NCBI GenBank assembly: GCA_051599415.1
Contig: AP039693.1
Location: forward strand, 310,001 to 374,000
DNA length: 64,000 nt
Reading direction: 5' to 3'
Source of the DNA: Savitreella phatthalungensis
Lineage: Eukaryota
The position numbers and the translations under genes were made by a program. Positions 56,039 to 64,000 of the stretch are shown one piece after another. Every line of letters begins with the position of its first letter. Within the stretch, counting starts at the first letter, position 1. The notes beneath the pieces are model-generated. The model had not been told where the DNA came from. It searched no databases and was given only the letters and a program-made list of their open reading frames with translations.

Positions 56039-57025
56039 CTATTGTTTCTCAGTTTGCGCATCGCAGGCAGCATCAATCGAGGCAACCGCCTCCGCAATCT
56101 CCCAGTCAATGGATTCACCCTGGTGTCTTGAAAGATGTATAGATGGATCACCCGAGCCGAGGTCCACGAGTCTTATACCAGGTCGCTCGTCCTCAATTGC
56201 CTGACATGATGATGTCAGATGGAGATCTGGAGCTTCTGGCAGCTCAGGAGCGCTACCACTCGGCGAGTCAGTCTCCTTCCGATAGCGTTTTGGATTGGTG
56301 AAGAAATCTCCGATGGTCCTTTGGCGTTCGTCAAATGCGCCAGATCCAGCATGACGCACGCGTTTGAGCCCCTTGAGATGATCGACATTGTTGACGTCCG
56401 TCACGACAGCCATACCTGGCATTTTTATGGATATCGTGGTGCAGCCGGTATTTGACCAGGATGCAGAAGGTGCCGATACGATATTGAGCTCGGCCAAAAG
56501 ACATCCGTACAGTCGCAGAAGGAAAAGTCCATGTGAGACGATGATCATGGTGGGAACGGTCTCAGATGCCATCGCCTCGACCTGTGTCAGCCACGAGGTC
56601 AGGTGCTCGCGAATAAATTGACGTGCACGGATGTCCATCTCCGCTTTGCTCTCGCCGGGTCGCAAGCCTTCAGGTGTGTTGCTCAGCTGACGCCTAGAAT
56701 CCCGGTCCTTCAAGGATTTCCCTTCACGCCAACCTAAATCCTGCTCTCGTAGAAGCGGTGTCCGAACTAGCTCGACGGGCGCGAGCTTGTCATTGTCCTT
56801 ACCGTTGAGGATGTTGGTCAAAGCAGCGGCTGTACGCCATGCTCTTCGAAGATCTGAGCAGAAAACACTCTCCACAATCAGGGTTTGGCTTGCAGCGAGG
56901 CGTTGACCAAGTCGTTCCGCTTGCGTATATCCGTGATTCGTGAGTTCATGATCGGTGATACCGGCCCACAGATTATCTCTGTTTCCCGTCGACTCGCCAT
57001 GCCGGACAAGGATCACTTTGCGCAT
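56039..57025 (-). CDS. histidine phosphatase / phosphoglycerate mutase-like protein
   Basis: LVRHGES, LT.HG..QA, SDLRRA..TA, LREQDLG.REG, GES, IVSHG, NTG. Confidence 0.9.
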   Translation of the reverse strand: MRKVILVRHGESTGNRDNLWAGITDHELTNHGYTQAERLGQRLAASQTLIVESVFCSDLRRAWRTAAALTNILNGKDNDKLAPVELVRTPLLREQDLGWREGKSLKDRDSRRQLSNTPEGLRPGESKAEMDIRARQFIREHLTSWLTQVEAMASETVPTMIIVSHGLFLLRLYGCLLAELNIVSAPSASWSNTGCTTISIKMPGMAVVTDVNNVDHLKGLKRVRHAGSGAFDERQRTIGDFFTNPKRYRKETDSPSGSAPELPEAPDLHLTSSCQAIEDERPGIRLVDLGSGDPSIHLSRHQGESIDWEIAEAVASIDAACDAQTEKQ

Positions 57026-58142
57026 GTCTCATTCAGATCCTGTACCACCATGATGTACCACAGGGACTTACAAGCTGATGAGCCGCATACAGAACGCTAT
57101 CACACAAATGCTACTGCATTGGCTCAACCAGAACCCATGTCATTGGACGGAATCACAATCTGTGCAGCGGCTCCACGGGGACCAGATGCACGATCCGATG
57201 ACTTGACAGAAGCAGATCTGCAAACCGGGATATGGTGGTATATTGGCGCCTTGACGATAGTTCTTCTAGAAATTCTTCTAGAAATGACCTCTAAATGTAT
57301 GGCGAAATGAGATTGATTTTCACAGATTGGGGACACCGAATGTATTAAAATTTAAACTTATTGAGATATAACATTGATGTTCAAATCATTAATTTGAACG
57401 GAATCAGATCATCTTCAGTTAGACTTCGATCGGCAGCATTCTCCCTTTTTTTTTTGAATGCACAATCCAGAAACAAATCCAGATCCTGAATCTCATTCCC
57501 CGACCCCGACCCGAGGTCCCATACCAGCGGATTCGGTGATTACCCGGCTCCGCCTGACTCGGACGTGTGATTCGAAACTGATTGAGTCGTTCGCTGTGTG
57601 TGTCTGGTGTAGAGAAAATGCAGTTCTCACTCAACAGTCAACTTTGGTGTTTACCAGACAGAGTTTGAGCAGAATTCAAAAGCTGTTATCCTTTCGCGCT
57701 CATCAGAGCATTCCTGGAATCCCATTCCACATAGTCGCTGCCTGTTGCCAGATCTTGCATTCGTTATGATTTTGAAGCTTGATGTGACCCAATTTGACAC
57801 GCTTGTTGAGATTCCATTTCAAGACGGGGGCGGGATAGTCGTCTAACAAATTATACTACAGCTGTATTTCAACCGTAAGCTATTCGAGCCATTCCCAAAA
57901 AGGCCGCGAGTCAGGTGGAGAACTTGAATCCAGACAAACACACATACGTACACGTCTTCGAACCTAAGCAAGCGACGAACAACCAGAACACTCAATCAAC
58001 CAACCAGTCAGCGAACTTTCTCCCCCTTCAAAACATATTGACGCTTGCACAGGTACAGATCTGGTGAGGTCCACTTAGGCGTGAACACGTTCGCCCGGTC
58101 TGAAAGAACACCAACGACTGGATCGTCGATAGTTCACTGATT

Positions 58143-59900
58143 ATGAGCGGAATCATGGGCGGCGGCGCCGACTGTGGCCCCAGTAATGCTCTGAAGAATT
58201 TCTCCAAGCATCTCGATCAGGACAGATCGCTCCAACAAGATCGCTTGTCAGGCGTCAGACAAGGTCCAGGCGCATTCAGAGAGTCGAGGGATATGCGCCC
58301 GGAAGATGCCGCACGTATGCAAGACTTCTACAGCCAGCAACGTCCCGGAGAACCTGGCTTCGCTCAGCAGGCTTCATCACTCGCCGCTTCTAGGCAGCAG
58401 GCTGCGCCGTCGAGGTGGAACTCGGATTTTGCAAATTTCAATATGCCGCAGCATGAGAAAGCACGGATGGAGCAGCAATTCCGTGCAGCGCCTATGCAGA
58501 ATCAAGCAGATGCCGCCTGGAGACAGCAGTTTTTTGAAAACCAACATCTTCCGCAGGAAATGCACAATGCAGCTACGACATCGTTCATGAGCAGTGGCAA
58601 TATGGGCATGATGGGTGGCTATGGCGGCATGTATGGTGCTAGCAGTATGATGGGTGGCTACGGAGGCATGCAGGGCATGTACACGGGGATGAACATGCAG
58701 CAGCAACAGCCGATGGCAAGTGAAGGTAAAGGCAAGGAGAAACTCGTCGAGCTTTCCTCAGAGAATTGGGAGGAGCAATTCAAAGCGCTCGATATGCAAG
58801 ATACACAGCAGAAGGCCGATGATGCCACAGCAGATGTGCAGCAAGAGGATGCAAAGAGCGAGGACTTTAGGGATTTCGAGGATATTTGGAAGGAAATGCA
58901 GGAGGAAAATCCAGCTCTTGCAGAAGAGTGGGCGAACGAGTTCGACCAACAACTGGACGAGCAAGGTCGGCCGAATCTTGGAGAATATCTTTTCGAGCCC
59001 AATAACCCGCACATGAACGATCAAGAAGCATTTGAGAAGGGCGCACAAATCATGCGAACCGGTGGTTCTCTATCAGAAGCAGCCCTCTACTTCGAGGCCG
59101 TCTGCCAGACGGGCGAGGGCGAGGTCGTTCAACGCGCATGGTCACAGCTTGGTCTGTGTCAAGCTCAGAATGAGAAAGAAGAAGCCGCAATCAAGGCCCT
59201 CGAAAACGCAGTAAAACTTGATCCAAAGGATCTTGAGGCACTGATGGGTCTTGCTGTCTCGTATACAAATGACGGCTACGATACAGCCGCGTATATGAGT
59301 CTAGAGCGCTGGCTTGAAGCGAAATATCCCGATCTGGTTTCACACCTGCAAGTCGATGCTCGTAATCGCAAGGAGGTCCATGAAAAGGTCACACAGCAAT
59401 TCATCAAAGCGGCCCAACGCTCACCGACTGGCGCTGAAATAGACGCAGACGTCCAGGTTGGACTCGGCGTACTATTCTATGGCGATGAAGATTACGACAA
59501 GGCTGTTGACTGTTTCAGCGCGGCTCTCCGCATCCGGCCGGATGATGCACTGTTGTGGAACCGGTTGGGAGCGACCCTCGCAAATTCTGGTAAGTCAGAA
59601 GACGCTATCGAGGCCTATACGCGCGCCTTGGAAATTGCGCCAACTTTTGTACGTTGCCGTTACAATCTCGGCGTCAGTTGCATCAATATCGGCTGCTATG
59701 ACGAGGCCGCTCAGCATTTGCTTTCCGGACTTGCAATGCACAAGCTGCAAGGCGACAATGGAGGAGGCGTAAACCTTTCGACAAATCTCTGGGAGACTCT
59801 CCGTCGAGTGTTCCTTGTCGGAATGAATCGTCCAGACTTGTCCAAGAAAGCAGTGTCTGGTGCAGATGTTGAGATCTTCCGCGATGAATTTCAATTTTGA
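58143..59900 (+). CDS. PEX5: peroxisomal PTS1 receptor Pex5
   Basis: N-terminal Cys (ADCGPSNAL), WxxxF motifs (WNSDF, WRQQF, WEEQF, WANEF), TPRs with AQNEKE, LWNRLGATLANS, RYNLGVSCINIG. Confidence 0.96.
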   Translation: MSGIMGGGADCGPSNALKNFSKHLDQDRSLQQDRLSGVRQGPGAFRESRDMRPEDAARMQDFYSQQRPGEPGFAQQASSLAASRQQAAPSRWNSDFANFNMPQHEKARMEQQFRAAPMQNQADAAWRQQFFENQHLPQEMHNAATTSFMSSGNMGMMGGYGGMYGASSMMGGYGGMQGMYTGMNMQQQQPMASEGKGKEKLVELSSENWEEQFKALDMQDTQQKADDATADVQQEDAKSEDFRDFEDIWKEMQEENPALAEEWANEFDQQLDEQGRPNLGEYLFEPNNPHMNDQEAFEKGAQIMRTGGSLSEAALYFEAVCQTGEGEVVQRAWSQLGLCQAQNEKEEAAIKALENAVKLDPKDLEALMGLAVSYTNDGYDTAAYMSLERWLEAKYPDLVSHLQVDARNRKEVHEKVTQQFIKAAQRSPTGAEIDADVQVGLGVLFYGDEDYDKAVDCFSAALRIRPDDALLWNRLGATLANSGKSEDAIEAYTRALEIAPTFVRCRYNLGVSCINIGCYDEAAQHLLSGLAMHKLQGDNGGGVNLSTNLWETLRRVFLVGMNRPDLSKKAVSGADVEIFRDEFQF

Positions 59901-60548
59901 GCCAGTCGAAGTTCTGAAGCCAATCGGCTCCCATGTCAGAATGGACGACGAGACGCTAAAATTTGACATTGCCACCCCTCAGCATCAGCAGCAGCATCAT
60001 CATCATTATCATCATCAATACTTTCAGCAAACCCGTCGGCGTTGGCGGCATGAATTACGAGAACGCTTTCACTGACTTTGCAATCATGAACTGACCGGCA
60101 ACAGGGCACGAGCACGTCCTCAGTCGAGTGTTCTAGAACGCTGCAACGAATGCTATAGTACACGCCGGTCTCGCACATATCGCATGAGAACCTCGATCAC
60201 CCCCATATGACATCCCTGCAGGCCGCATGCAAAATATAATGTACGTAGGCATTATCAAACGGGAGACACATAAATTATAGCACGTACACGCACATGCACG
60301 TATTAAATCGATATCCTATATATCAATTCAAATCGAATGCAGCCAAACGCATCCTAGTCAGGATCGATTGACAGCTAGAGGTATGCAGTACGTATGCGTA
60401 GACAAGCAAAGTTGATCATGGCTAAATTTAGTACAGGATGATCACACCCAGTATTCTGTATAACATGCAATGTACGTACAGAAAAGAAACAGATCAATTG
60501 TAAGAGCGTGCCTGAGAGCTTGACGTCTTCTTGACATCATTCCCCACT

Positions 60549-62198
60549 ATGTTGGCGTTGCTATCTGGAGGCAGCAATCTGAAGGCTCGGGCAACGAGCG
60601 AGAAAAGAACGCTAAAGAGAAAGCGTGATGATGCTCTTGATGCTGCTGCACCGAAGGCAGTATCCGCTGTGTCGAGTGTGGAGGAATGTCGGCAGCTTCG
60701 CAGGCAGCACAGGCTCAACGTGACATCGACAGATTCTGTCACAGACGCAGAGTCGGAGAACAGCGACATATGGCCGATCACATCGTTTCGGAGTCTCTCC
60801 GAGCCATTGCAGGCCAACCTTCGTCTGCATGGCCTTATGTCGCCAACGCCTACTCAGATGCAGGCCATTCCTTTGCTGTTGGCAGGCAGAGATGCGCTTG
60901 TTTGCGCGCCGACTGGCTCTGGAAAGACCTTGGCGTTCAGTCTACCCTTGTTGCAGATGCTCGGCAAACATGATCCGACCCGTGGCTACCGTGCTCTTAT
61001 CGTCAGTCCCACACGTGAGCTCGCCACTCAGATTCATGCTAATCTCAAGGTCTATACGGCTGGCACGAGCCTGCGTTGCAACCTCCTGACAAAATCGAAT
61101 GCCGTTGTACAGCTCGAGCGCAGACCAGAAGCGCTTGCTCATGCATATGATATCCTCGTCACGACACCACAGCGTGTCATCAACGCTATTGAAAAAGACA
61201 AGCTGGATCTATCTCACGTCGAGCATCTTGTTCTGGACGAAGCTGATCGCCTCTTTGAGGAAGGATTTGTTGACCAGACTGATGCAATTGTCGCCGCTCT
61301 GACGAATCCCCACGGTGTGCGTAAGCATTTGTTTTCGGCAACGCTGCCTGCAAGTGTTGAGGAGTTGGCCAAGACTGTAATGCAGAAGCCAATTCGTCTT
61401 ATTGTCGGTCGCAAAGACGCCGCGGCGTCTCGTGTCAACCAGCAACTGATTTTCTCAGGCGACGAGCGAGGCAAGTTGCACGCCGTCCGGGGCATGATCG
61501 CAGATGGCAGATTGAAACCGCCTTGTCTTATATTCGTGCAGTCGATTGACCGAGCGAAGCAGCTACATCTGGAGCTCTCACAGGAAATAGCTGCGCACAC
61601 AACGACAGGTTCTTCATCATCTGTCGCTGGGCGTGTGGATGCCTCAGTCTGTGACGTGATTCACAGCGATCGGCCACAAGCGCAGCGAGACGCAGCCATT
61701 GCGTCGTTCAGAGAAGGCAGAACATGGATTCTGATCGCCACAGAGCTCCTGTCGCGCGGTCTAGACTTCGCAGATGTCCGACTAGTCATCAATTACGACT
61801 TTCCTCAATCTGTTGCTTCATACATTCATCGCGTCGGCCGGACCGCGCGGGCTGGTAACACAGGCGAGGCCATCACATTCTTCTCAAAGGACGATGGGCC
61901 ATATCTGAAGTCCGTAGCGAGCGTCATCGTGGCGTCTGGAGGCGATGTGCCGCAATGGATGCTCGACCTGAAGCCACCCACGAAGAATGCAAAAAAGCAG
62001 CTCAGGCGAGCGCCGCCGAAGCGCAAGAACATCTCCAAGCAGCCTTACGCAGAGAAGAAAGCACAAGACCACAGGAAAGACATTATCCGCAATTCTGTCA
62101 TTCGCAAACGCAGACTTCAGGCTGCTAGCAGTGACAATCCTGAGCGCAAGTCAGATATACCGGCCTTCGACAGAGATGAGTTCAAAGGATTTGACTAG
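60549..62198 (+). CDS. ROK1: ATP-dependent DEAD-box RNA helicase Rok1/DDX52
   Basis: APTGSGKT, PTRELA, DEAD, SAT, GKL.A.R, PPCLIFVQSIDRAK.L, IHSDR, NYDFPQS..SYIHRVGRT; ATG at 60549. Confidence 0.92.
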   Translation: MLALLSGGSNLKARATSEKRTLKRKRDDALDAAAPKAVSAVSSVEECRQLRRQHRLNVTSTDSVTDAESENSDIWPITSFRSLSEPLQANLRLHGLMSPTPTQMQAIPLLLAGRDALVCAPTGSGKTLAFSLPLLQMLGKHDPTRGYRALIVSPTRELATQIHANLKVYTAGTSLRCNLLTKSNAVVQLERRPEALAHAYDILVTTPQRVINAIEKDKLDLSHVEHLVLDEADRLFEEGFVDQTDAIVAALTNPHGVRKHLFSATLPASVEELAKTVMQKPIRLIVGRKDAAASRVNQQLIFSGDERGKLHAVRGMIADGRLKPPCLIFVQSIDRAKQLHLELSQEIAAHTTTGSSSSVAGRVDASVCDVIHSDRPQAQRDAAIASFREGRTWILIATELLSRGLDFADVRLVINYDFPQSVASYIHRVGRTARAGNTGEAITFFSKDDGPYLKSVASVIVASGGDVPQWMLDLKPPTKNAKKQLRRAPPKRKNISKQPYAEKKAQDHRKDIIRNSVIRKRRLQAASSDNPERKSDIPAFDRDEFKGFD

Positions 62199-62238
62199 CG
62201 CAGCGCATTCCATCGAATTTGCAAAGTCTCCGCGAAGG

Positions 62239-63315
62239 TCAGGAGTGCGCATCCCACCACTCTTGTTTGCGTCGCAGGTCAGGTGGATTGCTGAATCCTA
62301 GCCTCCTGCGCAGCTCCTCCGCATCAGTGTGAAGCTCTTCTTCCCAGTAGACGTTTATCAGGGGCTTGGCGCACGCCCCTTCGCGTAGCGCCCATGGTAT
62401 GTACACCTTCCTCAATCGCGCCAATGCTTGCCGCTTTCTTTCAGCTTGCCGTGCCGTCCTGCGGGATTCTCCATCGTTGACAACGTCTTCTTGATTACCT
62501 GATCCAGCAAAGCCGAGTAAGCCTTCCACCGGCGCCACTGCCTTGATTGCAGTCTTGAACAATGGTGCAACAGTAGCGGCATATCGTAGTGGCAACATAC
62601 CGCCTGCTCCAGAGAGAAGTGCTACAGGAAGTCCCATATTTGCCCATTCGAACCACTTGAGTGCGATTTCCCCTTCGACAATGATAGGCAATCCGGTGAC
62701 TGCGTGGTAGAAATCGTGGCATTCGCGATATCTTTGCATCACATAAGCCAGCTCATCAGCATCGCCTCTTCGGCCAACATCTGCGTCCACTCCTGCGTCC
62801 TTTGCGGCATCACGCTCACGCGCACCAAGTTTCCTCATCCCAGCTGTGTCGCGTTTGCCGTGCCTCAGTGGCGGCCGGGAGAAGGTGCTGTCGATATATC
62901 GCGTTTGCAGACGCGTGTCTGGGGTCACACCCTCTGCGTCCAGCCAGCGTGCATAGACTCGGCCGACGGTGTTGTCTGAGAGTTGTCTTAGTGAGTCGAG
63001 AGAGAGGGTTGTCGATGTGATCCTCGGCCGGTCCCTTAGAATTCGTCGGCCGATGGGGTCGCGCAACATCGCATCTCGTAGTCTCGGCAGGAAGAATGGC
63101 TGCGATGTGAGTTCCGTCGTCACCCCAACCAGGTCACCGCGTCGCGGATTCACCAGCGATATCAAACCTGACCCGGCCAGTGTCAGCAAACGTTCAGGCA
63201 GGGTCAACGGGATGTGCTCTGGATAAGCGCCCTCATGGCGTCGAGGCATCCGCATAGTAGTGGAAGAGCCTGTTTGAGTGGAGACACTACGAGCGAAGAC
63301 GATAGATCGAAGCAT
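62239..63315 (-). CDS. COQ4: ubiquinone biosynthesis protein Coq4
   Basis: YPEHIPL, NPRRGDLV, GRRILRDRPRI, AYVMQRYRECHDFYH (HDxxH), GEIALKWFE, YIPWA, NVYWEE. Confidence 0.95.
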   Translation of the reverse strand: MLRSIVFARSVSTQTGSSTTMRMPRRHEGAYPEHIPLTLPERLLTLAGSGLISLVNPRRGDLVGVTTELTSQPFFLPRLRDAMLRDPIGRRILRDRPRITSTTLSLDSLRQLSDNTVGRVYARWLDAEGVTPDTRLQTRYIDSTFSRPPLRHGKRDTAGMRKLGARERDAAKDAGVDADVGRRGDADELAYVMQRYRECHDFYHAVTGLPIIVEGEIALKWFEWANMGLPVALLSGAGGMLPLRYAATVAPLFKTAIKAVAPVEGLLGFAGSGNQEDVVNDGESRRTARQAERKRQALARLRKVYIPWALREGACAKPLINVYWEEELHTDAEELRRRLGFSNPPDLRRKQEWWDAHS

Positions 63316-63733
63316 CGGGAAGACGTGACAAATGTTCCCTGATCACGTCATAAAGGTATTATCTTCAGAATTATTCTGGTCAGTGTCCCTAGACACAATT
63401 GAACTATTGATGGCCGTGATGGGACTGATCTGCGATGCAGGATGCAGGAGAGCGAACAATTGAATAAACAGACTTGCCACTCTGCCGCTGGCCGGACCAG
63501 ACACAATATCACTCGCACACAAATGCCATTTCGGACACAGCACATACGACAAGAGACAGCTGCTTTGAGAGTCTAAGAGATTCGCACAGGCGCCTTTGAG
63601 CAGGACGAGGCCATCGCTTGAAGAGTTGGAGTCGAGGAAAAGAGGAGGAGGAAAGTGCAAAGGGAATGGGAAGGACACCACTCGCCTGAGCTGCAAGTTG
63701 CTGAGACGCGTCCAGTGTCTCTCATCGCTCGAC

Positions 63734-64000
63734 TCACGCAGCGACCGTCCCCGTTTGCTGTCGTTTCAACGAGTCAGAAGACTCTTGGGTGTCATGCTGC
63801 TTACGTTTTTTGCTTTTCTTGTCGCCGCTGGAATGCTTCACGGGACGAGCCTCTCCGACGTCAAAGCACTCGTCCGAAAGATCTGTGTTGCGCGTGTGCT
63901 TGATTCGGACGCTCATTTTGGAGGCGTCGTAGGATGGCCATTCGTTACACTTGTCCGTAAATTCTTGTGCTGCCCACGTGATGTCCAGTCTCTTGGTGTT
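63734..64000 (-). CDS. 3' end of a gene entering from beyond the window (Lys-rich tail)
   Basis: The frame is open from the window edge (NTKRLDITWAAQEF...) to the stop at 63734, with a KKSKKRK NLS-like tail. Confidence 0.55.
   Translation of the reverse strand, partial: NTKRLDITWAAQEFTDKCNEWPSYDASKMSVRIKHTRNTDLSDECFDVGEARPVKHSSGDKKSKKRKQHDTQESSDSLKRQQTGTVAA

Overview
This window is eukaryotic nuclear DNA: a very gene-dense, intron-poor fungal chromosome segment. The gene content and compactness suggest an early-diverging ascomycete such as Taphrinomycotina; this is an inference, not a database result. It holds about 30 mostly intronless genes. Recognisable ones are ALO1, DIP2/CPS1, MTHFR, RPN10, DRS1, EME1, AIM41, a LEC1-like PX protein, YML6, SWP1, PEX6, a polyQ bHLH factor, GIM4, an LtrA-family protein, a FabG-like SDR, a P-loop ATPase, SPT4, ALG10, a PNPOx-like protein, PSO2, an EI24/Lds protein, a histidine phosphatase, PEX5, ROK1 and COQ4. 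There is also a (CA)96 microsatellite. I see no rRNA, tRNA, transposon or CRISPR features and no clear multi-gene novel pathway. The best leads are: (1) small multi-intron genes hidden in apparent intergenic DNA, notably a RING-variant-like gene with Tyr at a zinc-ligand position; (2) an MTHFR lacking the eukaryotic SAM-regulatory domain; (3) a lactone oxidase ending in a PTS1-like -ARL; (4) convergent genes whose stop codons touch; (5) two large in-frame insertions in COQ4; and (6) a recurrent TCAAT/ATTGA palindromic intergenic motif. All product calls come from motif recognition by eye.
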